Below, in pieces: positions 44,151-58,175 of a DNA stretch of 64,000 nucleotides. The translations under genes were made by a program, and so were the position numbers. Numbering within the stretch: position 1 is the stretch's first letter; the number at the start of each line of letters is the position of its first letter. The stretch lies in assembly GCF_009914755.1 (NCBI RefSeq), contig NC_060942.1. One strand, given 5' to 3'. The notes below the pieces were generated by a model, which saw only the letters and a list, made by a program, of their open reading frames with translations, did no database searches and was not told where the DNA came from. The stretch comes from the human T2T-CHM13v2.0 reference genome, Homo sapiens.

Positions 44151-46869
44151 AATCTCACCCATTCCTTGGAATACATTTCCAAAGCAAATTGGAATCCAAG
44201 TCTTGAAGGACAGTTCCTAGGTGACCAGTTAAAGAGGGGTTGATAGGAGAAGGCCAAGGGATGCAAAGCTTCTAGAAGAGTCTGTTCAAGCAATACCACG
44301 TAAGCCTCTTCAATAATAGTAAAAAGCAGATCAGATTGCGGTAGTAGAGTAGAAGTTGCTCGCGGGGGCAAAGATTTGACATAGTTCACAATGTGGGCAG
44401 GCATGAGACCTAACAGTGGATATCCACGGAGGACAGAAATAAGGAAAGCTGAGAAATCAGGTTTTGAACTCAGTTTCCAAGTGAGCTATGATCTAACACC
44501 ATGCCACCAGCAGCGAGTGGGAAAGTGAGTATGCAGAGACGTGGGGAGGTTCCAGCTCTCCAAACCAGCTGAAACCAAACAGCAACAGGGCTCGTCAATT
44601 ACTATCATCAACAACCACATGCCATCTGTGTTAGCTCTTTCCATGTGCTGATACTGAGTTAAGCATTTCATATACATATGAAACGCATATACTCATCCTC
44701 ACAGTATTTTTAAAGCATACACTACGCGTATTCATTTACAGATTAAACTGTAAATCCTCTACTCTCCTTCCTCTTCTCTTTACACACACTTCTGACTCAC
44801 AGCCTCCCTTGAGGCAGGAACATCGTGATATTAAAGACTTTCATCTGCTAGGTGAACCTGGACAAGGCATAAAATACTCATCCTTTTCTTGTTCTACCTC
44901 TTTTTGAGCAATAAGTTGCTTACAGAGAGGAAGAGAAAATTAAGAAGATAAGGATACCAGGAATAAAAACAAAACAAACCAGCATCTTCAAGCCCCCCAT
45001 TTCACATTGGCTTAAGATTTGGCATGAGCTGGGGGGTTTGACAGGGGCACACGCAAAGAAAGAACCCAAACTGATTCTAACAGTACAGCTGTCAATCTGG
45101 TGTACCTGGATCCAGACCTGAGAAGTCCTGTTAGCCCATCACCTACACCCAGGTGAGAACAGGCAGAGGCTCAAAGCCTGGGCTTCTCAGTACCAGTTCA
45201 CCTGTTAATGATTCTCCAAAATCCACGGTTTGGATAAACAGAGGCCTCCAATCACCCTTGAATTCACATTGACAATTTTCTGAAAACAGTAAAAGCGAAA
45301 AACAAAAATCAAGCTTCACTTTCCAATGCTCAGAATGCAATTTCATCCCAAACATCTCTGTGGCTTTTCTCCTCCCTGCCCTCTTGCATTCTCATGCACA
45401 TGTATTCTATGTCTATATTGGTATTGACGTGACTATCAATGCAAACATAGACATAGGTATTACTAAAGGTACAGATGTAGGTTTAGATTTAGAGTATATA
45501 GATATACATATATCTGGTTATATTTCTGTTACATTTTGCAATCTAAATATCTGTGGTCATATTAGCAAGCCAAGTTTCTTAAAATCTAGTAGAAATATAT
45601 CAACCAAGAAGAACAGCCACCAGGCCAGTACCCCCAGTTTCTTACGGGCTGCCTGGTTCGTCTTTACCTTTCGCAGGTCATTTGAGAGGTAAAACAGGAT
45701 CAGTAACGTCCCGTCTTATTTTCCACCCAAAGAACCTGTAAGAAAAGCAGGCCCTGAGGCTGGCAAACATTTAGGTATTCTGACTCACAAAGTAGAAATG
45801 CAGCCCAAGGTCAAGCCCAGGTGGAAAAATCCATATCAGTAAATGCAAACGCTGAGCCTCATTTCCGGCACAAATGATGGATTTTGGTGTGATTTATTAT
45901 TTCAATAATTCAAGTTCCCTGACCCAAAGGGGGCTTGTAGAGCAAAGTGGTAGCCAAAAAGAACAGATAATATGTGGAAACAAGCCTTCATTCACACGAC
46001 TGCAGCCTAAAAGATGTCAAGACAGCCTCGCGCCAAGCCCAGGACCCCATGGAGATCAGGGTTGGAATTGCAAGAACAGGACTGTGTCATTCAGACAGTC
46101 TTCCTGTCACCCTCTGCTTTCAGGAGGTGCGACATCAGTAAAGACTGTTCACCTATCCCTTCCAGACAGGCAGTTTCTCCCTGTTAGGCCAGTGGTAAGA
46201 ACTGCGGGGCAAGGGGCAGGCATTCATCGGCTGGGAAAGGAAGAGCAGTCCGCAGAGTGAGGCTGAGTTATTGCAGTTGTGCCCAAGCTGGCCCACTGTC
46301 TGCAGAGTTGCTGAGTTTGAAGTTATTTGGAAGACTGTGTGGATGTGTATAATTCCAACACATTGTTGGTACAGAACTTGTCTGTCTTCCTATGTGGAGT
46401 AAGAGTCTCAGCCTGGGTCCAGCCCCAAGACCTTATATTAACTCCACAGTTTTGACAAAAGCCTCTAAAATGTATTTGGGCTTGGAAAATAGTTTATTTC
46501 CAGTTGCTTCTTGTTAAAGAAAAGCAATCTGCTAACCAAACAAATTTTTGAAATATATTATAAGTCAAAACTTTGCTCAAAAATTATTGGTGTTTTCTAA
46601 AGACTCAAACTGTTAGACTAGCTTCTTAGTTGTACAGATCTACCCAAAATTTAGCCACCTAAGGCCATCAAATGGATGAATTTAGTCATGATAAGAGTAA
46701 ACAATTTTATATTTGGTCACTGGCTTAAGATGTTTAAAAACGCTTCATGGAGGCTGAGACTTACCGTCCTGGGGTGATGGGTTTTACAAGGTAGGCCCTG
46801 TGGCTTTTGTTAGACGATACAACTAGTTGGAAAGGGCTGCACCCTCTATATGGTGCTTTATCCACTCTG

Positions 46870-47120
46870 CCTGAATAAACCCTACTCATCCCTCAAGTCT
46901 CAGCCAAGTTCCCAACACAGCCCTTCTTTGGAAGTCTCCCCTGATACCCCGGTAGGGTGAGGTGGCTCCAGGAAGACCCTCTAGCCTCCCGTTCGGTTCA
47001 GTATCTTTATCACGACAGTTGCTGACTACCGGCTCACTTCTCCTCCTGCACTCTGGGCTCCATGAAGGCAGAAATCACATCTGTCTAGCGTTTGTATACC
47101 TGATCACTGAATGAATGGAT
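46870..47120 (+). mobile_element. L2 3' end fragment
   Basis: CTACTCATCCCTCAAGTCTCAGC...GGGCTCCATGAAGGCAG...TGAATGAATGGATG. Confidence 0.6.
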
Positions 47121-47449
47121 GTGGGCATCTTTCAATCACCTCCTCGCTCTGACCCCCTGTACCCAACATAATTCCAGGAGCAGGGTCAAGTTATTGCAGT
47201 CATCCCATGTGGTAGATGTTCAAAGAACATACCAGTAAAATGAAGCAGAAGGTGGAGAAGGCTTGTGGCCTCTGCACTTATTAACAGTGAATTTTATTGC
47301 ATAAAAAGTAATATTATTTTCATGTTTGAGATTGTCACGTGTGCCCACACAGGTGCTAGCAGTAAACAAGCTCTACAACACCAGAGAAGACTCCAGTTGT
47401 CTAAGTGAATCTGATGTACTGAGAGCACTAGAGCAGCAAAGTGTTACTG

Positions 47450-47680
47450 GGAAAAAAAAGTCAGACACTGGGGCCAGGCAGAACCAAGTTCAAATCCTTG
47501 CTCTGCACTTTTACAAGAGTGACGTTTGATAAGTTAATTAACCTCTCTGAACCTCCAAGTGGCAATATTAATATTTTCACATCCCCAAAGTGCAAATAAT
47601 AAAATCATCCTTAAAAGATTGTTAGTAGATATAAATAAGATATGTATATGAAGAACATAACAATATGTTTTAGACTAAAA
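47450..47680 (+). mobile_element. MIR SINE
   Basis: GTTCAAATCCTTGCTCTGCACTTT...AAGTTAATTAACCTCTCTGAACCTC. Confidence 0.65.
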
Positions 47681-49152
47681 TAACTGATTAAAATGCCAGG
47701 AGAAGCCAGGGTATGTGGGAAGAGCAGAGAATGAAAAGCCAACTTCGAATTTAGTGAGAGAAAAAAGCTCAGAAGACATTTAGTGATTCAGCTGCACTGT
47801 TATTAATGTTATTATTTATAAAGCATGTTGAATGCCTAAGACATTTTACCAAACACAGACAATAACATGGTCTCTATTTTTACTTAACAATCACAAAGAC
47901 ATAAAACAAGCCTGCTAATGTCTGACAGAGTAAGATGTGTTAATGGTGTTTTCAAGAAATGAAGAATCCATGTTGCTGTTCTTACTGCTTCACATTACTT
48001 ATGTTGGCAAAGTAAGTAGGTTATCACATACGCCCTCCCAAAAACCTGGAGAAGTTAGAAAAAAGAGAGAGAGGGAGACTTGTCATTGGCAATATCATTA
48101 TCCCATAACTAAAAAAAAAAATTCTTATCAAAGTTAGAATGGCACCAGAAATGTCAAGAAAGAGAAAAATAATTACTATTCTGGAAGGAATAACTAGAAC
48201 TACTAGTAACTGTATACTTTAGATCAAAACCCAAGTCTGGGCCAAGATATGAAAGAGGTAAAACTTCAAAGGCATGTTGCACTGATGTGCTCCCTTGGGG
48301 TGGATTCTTTCTCTAACTCACAATGGTCAGGTGATGGCACTCGGCACTACCGACAAGGTGGGCTGGGCGCTGTGTCTGACCCCTGCAAGGTGGGTGTTCT
48401 ATACATTACTGCTTGTAATCTAGGGAGATGGTTGGTTTATCTTGGCTCTTGCCCCTATCAAAGCTAAAGAAACATCCATCTCATAAATGAGGGTGTTTAT
48501 AGGGAGCACTTTGGTTGAGTTTCAAATTGTCAAAAATTATAAAGCAGCCATTTTCTAAGTCATAGTACCACCGAGCTAATTGCAGGGACTATTTTCTATT
48601 ATGACATGTTCATGGCACAATACGATGGTAGCACACGGACTTGTCAAAACAAATAAACCTTTTTTTTTAATTTAATGAAATCTATTGCACAAAGAGCTAA
48701 ATAAATTATGGGGTTGAGGTAAATGTCTACTACACCATCAGCATTTAATACCTGAAGAAAAACAGTGGAAACTTTCAGGAATTGACTGAAAAATTAACCG
48801 AGCACAAATGAAAGGCTCTGTTACGATGGAAGGACATACCAGGGGCAGTGCACCAGGGTCTGAAACACAATTTACCACTCAGATTGCAGATGACTGTGTG
48901 CAGAATTTCAGAAGAGATGGTAAGGCCATGGTGTGGCTAAGAGAGGAGACAGAGAGATCATTCTCAGGTTATCAGAGAGGATTCATGCACGGCCACTGAA
49001 ATGCAGAAATTGGTTTAGCACCCAAATTGCTACTTTCTTGTTTTCAATCAGAGAAGAGATAATTGGACCAAAACCAGAAAGGTAAGTAGACAATCACTGA
49101 ATGGACAATAAAAAAAAAAATAGAAAGAAGCCTCCTTTAAAAGGAAACGAAT

Positions 49153-52100
49153 GGCTGCCTGGTCATCAGCAAGACAGCTGATTAGAAGCCCCTAGTCCTC
49201 GTCCGCCCTACCAAAGAAAGCCAGAACAACAAATAAACAAGCACATTTGGTGAAAATAACTGAGGGAGAACACCGGAGTGCATCAGAGAAGTAACAGAAA
49301 CACTGGTGAGCACAGAAACCCAGGATAGCCATGTAGACAGCAGAAGGAAAAGCCAGGCCTCCACCACCCCATCGCCAACCAGGATCAGCCAGGAACCAGA
49401 AGGAGCTTCTGCCTATGGCCAGGAGGCAAACAAGAGGATTCCAGCAACCCCCATCAACACCTTGGACACCTACAAAACACCTCACCACTGGGGTCCCCTG
49501 CGGTCCCCACCAGCACCAAGTCCAGCTGAGGGAGCTGCCCAGAGGCCACACAGCTGTGCTTTCCCCAGAAAAGGAGCCAACACTGTCCCCACTCCCTGTG
49601 CAGCTACGTTGCGGTGCAGTCTTGGAACTGAATGATGGCTGGAGCACGCCTTGCTTCCGGGGCATGTAGGTATGGCTCCCCTTCATCCCTGAGGCTAAGC
49701 CACTAATGAACCAGCCCACCCTGGTGGCCCGACATCCCTAAGCTGAGCTGCAAGCAACTGTTATCTCTCTCCCCAGAAGACCAAGCAGAGGTGGGTCCCT
49801 TCCACCTATGCCTCCTGCACCCTCTCCAGCTTGAGCTGAAGCAGTGCCCTACCTCCTGAGAAAATAATATCTTGGCCACTCCGAGGAGTTATGCCTCCTC
49901 CATGCCTAACTTGAAGTAGAGCCCTGCATCCCACAGAAATGTCTGAGCCACACAGAACAGTCACATATTCTGCACTTGAGCTGAAGCAGCACATGGACCC
50001 CTGGGGAATCAGTGCTCCGGCCAAGCTCAGCAACACAGCAGCTGTGCATACCAGGACTGAGCTAATGTACTATCCTGCATCTCAGGGAAACACAGCAGTG
50101 GCTGAGCTGAGACACCCTGCCCTACAGTACAAACAATTCTAATACCCTACTTTCCTGGAGCTGGACTAGCCCTCTAGAGTCGGAGCTGGACTAGCCCTCT
50201 AGAGTCTGAGCTTTCGAGACACCCCTCTCTCCAGGGAGTGTAGTCATCACTATGCCATTTTCTGATCCCTCCATGCCCAAATTACAGCTGTGCTCTGGAG
50301 TCTTTGCTGCCACTGAACCTGTCCTCACAGAGTCTCAGCTACTGCCCCCCACCCCCACCCTAGAGTCTAGAGTCACTACTACATGGTGTTTCAAACCCTG
50401 GGACCCAAGACGCCACTGAGCCCTATTGGCTCACATTCCCAAACTGCAGCCATATCTGCTCTTCTGGCCCAAACCTCCAGAGAATTCCTTCTTCCCCAGA
50501 GTCAGGCCAGGGTTGTGCCCTGCCTCCCAAGGGCAAAATCACAGGTACTACTCAGTCCCCAGGCTTGTACTACTAAGAGGTACCTCAGAGGCACAGATCC
50601 TGGCTCTGTGAGCAACCTACATTTAACCCTGCTAGAGACAGCAAACCTGTACCCCCAAGATTCCAGTGTCACAATAAGTTTGTGAGACCCTGAGGCTAGA
50701 AATCTGGCCCCACCGCTGAGCCAAACACTTGCACCTGGAACACAGCACTCCAGCAGCTGTTTACAGGCAGTCTCAGACCTGAAATCAAGAAGGAATCTTC
50801 TCAGCTAAGTTTCCCCAATGTGGAGAAAAAAAGAATAGGAAGACCCCAAAAGCCTTGACACAGAGGTCATTAACAACCTATGCTGCCACTGCCATAAGTG
50901 CCTACAGCCTAGATCACTGAGGTGCCCACAGTTTTTGCTGATATTGAAGACAACTGAAGAAGCTGCATGGAGATTGTGCCACGGCACCTATCTGGAAACT
51001 GTTACTATACCCTTCTTAATTAGCACGATAAAACCCAACTGCAAGTGAAAAGCCTTTCTCTATGAAAGCCACTGTAGAAAGTTTGGAAGAAGCAACTGTT
51101 CCACCAGATGCACAGACATCAATACAGGAACACAAGGAGCATGAAAAAGCAAGAAAATATGATGCCACCAAGAGAACATAACTTGTAGTAACAGAACCCA
51201 ATGAAAAGGAAATTAATGAAGTGCCAGAAAACGAATTCAAAATAATGCTCTTAAGGAGACTCAACAAGATACCACACATACAGGAAAATAATTCAGTGAA
51301 GTGAGAAAAATAATTCATGGATAAGGAGAAAATTAAACAAAGATATAGAAATCATGAAAAAGAACAGAACAGAAATACTGCAGCTGAAGAATGCAATGAA
51401 TTTAATTTTAAAATGCAATAAGAGCTTCCACAGCAGATTTAATCAAGCAGAAAAAAATGATCTCTGAACTTGAAGATAGGTTACTCGAAATTACCTAGTC
51501 AGAGAAAAACAAAAAAATGAAAAAGAGGGAAGAAAGTCTGTAAGACTTATGGGGGACACCATTAAGCAAAAAAATACACATATTATGAGATTTCCAAATG
51601 CAGAAGAGAATGAAAAAGGCATCAAAAACCCATTTAATGAAATAATAGCTGAAAATTCCCCAATTCTGGGGAAAGATATGGACATCCAGGTCCAGGAATC
51701 TCAAAGATTCACAAATAAATCCAAACCAAAAAAGATCCTCCCTGAGGCACATTATAGTCAAATTGTCAAAATTCAAAGACAGAGAGATTTCCAAAAACAG
51801 CAAGAGAAAAGTGTCTAGTCACATATAGGGAATCCGCATTAGACTAACAGCAGATTTCTCCACAGAAACCTTACAGGTCAAGAGAAAATGTGATGATATA
51901 GTCAAAATGATGAAAGAAAAAATTGCCAGTCAAAAATATACTCAGCAAAGCTATTTTTCAGAAATGAAGAAGAAATAAAGTCTTTCTTTGACAAGCAAAA
52001 ACTGAGGGAATTCAATACCACTAAACCAGCCTCACAAGAAATTCTCAAAGTAGTCCTATATCTTAAAGCTAAAAGACAAAAATCACTACCCTGAAAACAT

Positions 52101-55100
52101 GCAAAAGTATACAACTCACTTGTAGAGGAGATATACAAAAGAGAAAGAGAAAATAACCAAACTTTATCACTACAGAAAACCACCAAACCTCAATGATAAG
52201 CAATAAGAAAGGAAGAAAGGAACAAAATAACCAGAAAACAATTAACTAAATGACAGGAATAAGTCCTTACCTAACAAAAATAACATAAGTGGAAACAAAT
52301 TAAATTCTCCATTTAAAAAATATACCTGGCTGAATAAATGAAACAACATGACCCAACTATATGCTGCCTGTAAGAGACTCCCTTCATCTGTAAATACACA
52401 CACAGACTGAAAGTAAAAAGATAGAAAAAGATATTTTGCACAAACAGAAACCAAAAGCGAGTAGGAGTAGCCAGACTTATATCAGGTAAAACACACTTTA
52501 AGTCAAAAATTATGAAAAGAGACAAAGAAGGTTATTATACAATAGTGAAGGTATGAATTCAGAAAGATGATGTAACAATTGTACATAGATATGTGCCCAG
52601 CATGGGAGCACCCAGATATGTAAAGCAAATATTATTTGATCTATACGGAAAGATAGACTCCAATATAATAATAGTTGGAAACTTCAAAATCCCATTTTCA
52701 CCATTGGACCGATCATCAAGACAGAAAGTCAATAAAATAAATATCAGATTTAAACTGACCTCTAGACCAAATGGACCTGACAGACATTTACAAAACATTT
52801 CATCCAACTGCTACAAACCACACATTCTTTTTATTAGCACATGAAACATTCTCCAGGATGGACCACATGTTAGGCCATAAAACTATTCTTGACCAATTTA
52901 AAAGAATTGAAATCATATCAAGTATCTTTTCTGACCACAATGGAATAAAACTAGAAATCAATAACAAGATAAACTTTCAATATTATACAAATATGTGGAG
53001 ATTAAGCAATATGTTCCTTAAAGATCAACAAATCAATGAAGAAATTAAAAACAAAATTTAAAACATTTTTGGAACAAAAGAAAATAGAAACACAACAAAC
53101 CTATGGAATATAGCAAAAGCAGGATGAGGAGAGAGGGTTATAAACACCTACATCAAAAAAGTAAACAGATTTCAAATACACAGGCTATGATACATTGCAA
53201 GGAACCAGAAAAACAAAAACAAAACAAACCCCAAACGAGTAGAAGAAAATAAACAATAAAAATAAGAGAACTAAATTAAATTGAGACTTAAAAAAATACC
53301 AAACATCAATGAAAGAAAAAGTTGGTCTTTTGAAAAGACGTTTTTAAGTCAACAAACCATTACCTAGACTAACGGAGACAAAAAAAATAAAGACCCAAAT
53401 AAATTAAATCAAAAAAGAAAAAGAAAACATTACCACTGACATCACCGAAATATGGAAGATTATTAATGAGTATTACAAACAACTATATTCCAAAAACTTA
53501 GAAAACAAAAAGGAAATGAATAAATTCCTGGACACATACAACCTAACAAGACTGAAACCCCCAAAAATTTTGAGATAGAAAACCTGAACAGACCAATTAC
53601 AAGTAACAAGATTGAATATTTAATAAAAAGTCTCCCATTAAAGAAAACCCCAGGACCCAATACTTTCACTGCAAAATTCTACCAATCATTTAAAGAAGAA
53701 CTAATACCAATTGTCAAACACTTGCAGAAAATTAAAGAGGAGGTAATTCTTCCAAATTCATTCTACAAGGCCAGAATTACTCTGATACCAAAACCAAACA
53801 GTGAGAAAGGGAAGGGAAAGGAAGGGGAAGGGGGAGGGGAAGTAGGGCAGAATGGAAGGGAAGGGAAGGGAAGAGAAGGGAAGGGAAAGGAAGAAAGAAA
53901 AAGAAAACTATAGGCCAATACCCCTGATTAACATAGATACAAAAATCCTCAACAAAATACTAGCAAACTGAATCCAGCAGCATATTAAAAAGATCATTCA
54001 TCATGATCAAGTGGGATTTATCCCAGGGGATACAAGGATGGCTCAAAATAGAAAAATCAATAAACATGATATAACATATTAACAGAATGAATGAAAAAAT
54101 CATATAATCACTAATAGAAAGAAAAAGCATTTGATCACATTAAACATCTCTTCATGATAAAAAAGAAACTCTCAACAAGTTAGGTACAGAAGGAACATAT
54201 GTCAACATCATAAAGGTTATATATGACATACCCACAGCCAACATCAATCTAAATGAGGAAAAGTTGAAAGCTTTTCCTCTAAGAGTTGGAAGAAAAGAAG
54301 GATGCCCATTTTCACCACTTTTATTCAACATAGTACTGGAAGTTCTAGCCAGAGCAATTAGGCAAGAAAAAGAAATAAAGGTCATCTAAACTGGAAAGAA
54401 GAAAGTCAAATTATCCCTATTTGCTAATGACATGATCTTATATATTGAAAACCCTAAAACCTCCACCAAAACCTTTTATAGCTGATAAATAATTTAGTAA
54501 GGTTGCAGGATACAAAATCAAGGTAAAAAAATTCAGTAGTGTTTCTGTATACCAACAAGAAAATAGCAGAAAAATCAGTAAAGAAAGCAATTCCACTTAC
54601 CATAGCTATTAAAGAATAAAATACTTAGGAGTAAATTTAACAAATGAGGTGAAAGGTTTCTGTAAGAAAAACTGTAAAACACTGATGAAATAAACTGAAT
54701 AAGACACACACACGAAAGGGAAAGATATGCAATGTCCATGAACTGGAAGAATTAATATATTTTAAATGACTGTACTACCAAAAGCAATCTACAGATTCAA
54801 TGCAATTTCTATTAAAATACCAATGACATTCTTCACAGACATAAAAAAAAATCCTAAAATTCATTTGGAACCACAAAAAACCTCGAATAGCCAAAGCAAT
54901 TTTGAGCAAAAAGCTGGAGTCATAATATAACCAGACTTCAAAATAAATATATTATAAAGCTATAGTAACCAAAATGACATGGTACTAGAAAAAAAAAAAA
55001 CTAAAAATGTAGAAACAGACACATAGATCAATGGACCAGAATAGAGAAACCAGAAATAAAGCCACATGTTTACAGCCAACTTGTTTTCAACAAAGACATT

Positions 55101-56532
55101 AAGAACATTAACTGGAGAAGAAATAGTCACTTAAATAAATGGTATTGGGAAAACTAAATATCCATATGTAGAAAAATAAAACTAGACCCTTGTCTCTCAC
55201 TACATACAAAAATCAACTGAAAATGGTTTATTGACTTAAATGTAAGACCCAAACTATAAAACTACTAAAAGAAAACATAGGTGGTACATTTCAGGACCTT
55301 GGTCTGGAGAAAATTTTGTGGAAAAGACCTCAAAAGCACAGGCAAGAAAAAAAGCAAAAATAGACAAATGGGATTATAGCAAACTAAAAACTTCTGCACA
55401 GCAAATGAAACAATCAACAGAGTTAAGAGACAACTTGCAGAATGGGAGAAAATATTTGCAAACTATTCACCCTGCAAGGGATTAATATCCGGAATATACA
55501 AGGAACTCAACAGCAAAAATAATAACAATAATAATCCAATTTTAAAAATGGGCAAACGAACTAAATAGACCACTCTCAAAAAAGACATGCAAATGTCCAA
55601 CGGGTATACGAGAAAATGCTCAACAGCGTGAATCATCAGGGAAAATCAAAACAAAACCAAAACCAAAGTGAAATATCATTTCACCCCAGTTAGAATGGCT
55701 ATTATCAAAAGTATATATATATATACAAATATTGGCAAGGATGTAGAGAAAGGAGAACTCTTATACACTGTTGGTGGGAATGTAAACTAGCTCAACCATT
55801 ATGAAAAACAATATGGAGTTTCCTCAAAACAACTAAGAATAGAACCACTATATTACCTAGCAATCCTGCTACCTGGTATATATCCAAAGGAAATGAAATC
55901 GGTCTGTCGAGGAGATTATCTGCACTCCCATGTTTATGGCAACACTATGCACAATAGACAAAGTATGGAATAAACAGAACTGTTCCTTAAGAAAAGAATG
56001 GATAAAGGAAATATGGTATATATACACAATGGAATACTATTCAGCCATTAAAAATAAAGAAATTCTGCCATTTGTGGCAACATAAATGAGCTTGGAGGAC
56101 ATTGCATTAAGTGAAATAAGCCAAGCACAGAAAGATGGACACTGCATGGTTTCACTCATACGTGGAAGCTAAAAACGTTGATCTCATAGAAACAGAGAGT
56201 AGAGCAGTGATTAATAGGAGGGCAGGGGATGGGGGATAGCCGGAGGTTGGTTAATGGATACAAAATTACAGCCAGATAGGAGGAATAAGTTCCAGGGTTC
56301 TACAGCACTATATAGGGTGACTTACAACAATTTATGTTGTAATTTAACAACAATTTATGGTACATTTTTAACTAGAAGAGCAGATATTGAATGTTCCAAA
56401 CACAAAGACTTAATGTTTGAGGCGATGGATATGCTAATTACTCTGATTTGATCATTGCACATGTATTGAAATATCACACTGTACCCTATAAATATGTACA
56501 ATTACTACACATCAATTAAAAATAACAAAAGC
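49153..56532 (+). mobile_element. Full-length (~7.4 kb) decayed L1MA4/5-type LINE-1
   Basis: ~1.9-kb GC-richer 5' UTR; ORF1 fragments (EIIAENSPILGKDMDIQVQE); ORF2 fragments (DLTDIYKTFHP...[27 protein letters not shown]); L1MA 3' UTR; TSD AAAAGGAAACGAAT (49139-49152) / AAAAGGAAATGAAT (56533-56546). Confidence 0.94.
53803..53907. repeat. (GGAAG)n-like polypurine tract inside L1 ORF2
   Basis: Almost pure A/G run of ~105 bp. Confidence 0.9.
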
Positions 56533-56546
56533 AAAAGGAAATGAAT

Positions 56547-57140
56547 TAAAATGTGTAGGGAAACATTTAGCATGGGTCCAGGGAAATAGGCCCTGCCACA
56601 CTGTGCTGTTGAATCAGCCTTTCTGGGTGGTCATTTGGCAAGCGGTAGCAATTGTCTTTAAAAAGAGCAGCAGTTTCCTATCCAGGGGATGTCCCAAAGA
56701 ATCAAATAAGAACACGTAGATGGGTGAGCAAAATATACTTCTCAGGGATTTGTTTATATTAATTTTAAATATATATATAAAATAATTGATAAGCCCATCA
56801 AAACAGAATTGGTGAAGCAAATAGTATATCCACAAAATGGACAGCTTTGCAACCATTAAAATGGAGCTTATGAGCACAAAAGCTGTTCACGTAGTAAATT
56901 AAATAAACCATTTATAAAATAGTATGCAAAACACAATCTCATTTGGGACAACCGTATGTTATATCCAATTTTATTATAGATCATATATAAAATATATTAT
57001 TTGGAGGCATATATTATTTGGAGGAGTAGTTATCTCTTCACTATGGGGCTTCAGACTAGTTTTTTTGTTTGTTTGTTTGTTTTTTGTTTTGTTTTGTTTT
57101 GGCTTACTTGTCTTTTCTAATTTTTTAGAAAATAAACATA
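56547..57140 (+). mobile_element. Ancient L1ME-like 3' fragment with (GTTT)n
   Basis: CAGCCTTTCTGG..., TATATCCACAAAATGGAC...GCAACCATTAAAA, GTAGTTATCTCT. Confidence 0.5.
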
Positions 57141-58133
57141 TTTAACATTAAAGTAAAATAATTTGAAATGAAAAATAAAGGGACATTAGAAGAAAATGTT
57201 GACACTAGTGCAAACTAAAAAAGAAAGAGGAGGAGAAAGGAAGGAGGAAGGGGAGGAGAAAAGACATAGAAAAAAGAAAAGCTCCACAAATACGTAGCGG
57301 AGAAAGGGAGACACAGCAAGGCAGCTATTGGTGCCACTGACAGGCTTTCTTCCCTCAACCTCTGATCAACCAGGTTCATTTGTTTTTACGCACTGGTCAT
57401 AGCCTCCCTCTCTGTTTCTGAATGTAATTTTTAAAAATAAAACCCTGCATAACAGGGTGGTGAGGACAGCAAAGGCTGCTTGACTTCGGGAGCCACAGTC
57501 CAAGGGTCTAATAGTTCATCATTAGCTGGAGATGCAACACACATCATGTGCTACCCATTGATTTTTTTTCCTACCAATTTATTTAAAAGAATAGTAACAC
57601 TATTATCTAAATGAGATAACACTAAATCTAAAATGAGGCCAGACTGCCTGGACAATAGTAATTCATTAGACAGGCTGGCATTCACTACCATGACATGTCT
57701 TTAAAATAAACATGGGTGCGAGACACACCAACAGCCACACAGATCTATAATCAGACTGCTGCTGGCTGGAGGAGGGTGATATTGGGTAAGATCAGAGGCT
57801 CTGTTCACCAGGTAACCCCAGATGGCATCCCCAGCACTTGGAAATGGTGAGGGGCTAGGAGCTGGCAGCCCCTCCCCAATAAACAAGAGGCCCCTCTGCA
57901 TAAAGATGCAATGCAGCACCCAAGGGAACACAGAGGCTCCCAGCCTGCTTGCCAGGGACAGCAGCTGCGCTCCGGGAAGCACCTGTACACCGCTTCGATG
58001 GTGACGTGTCTCAATAGCGTTTCCCCATGTGAAGCTTTCTTTGGTTTACATTATTTGGAGAGTGAAGGCAAGTCCACTGAATGCGGGATGGATATAATAT
58101 CACTTTCCACATTCCAGATTACTGGAAATTCCC

Positions 58134-58135
<2 letters not shown>

Positions 58136-58173
<38 letters not shown>
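58136..58173. repeat. Pure T38 homopolymer
   Basis: 38 uninterrupted T, no adjacent SINE or LINE body recognised. Confidence 0.95.

Positions 58174-58175
<2 letters not shown>

Noticed and set aside
44129-44404. 91-aa ATG-initiated minus-strand ORF
   Set aside because: No recognisable homology or gene context, and the length is within chance expectation.
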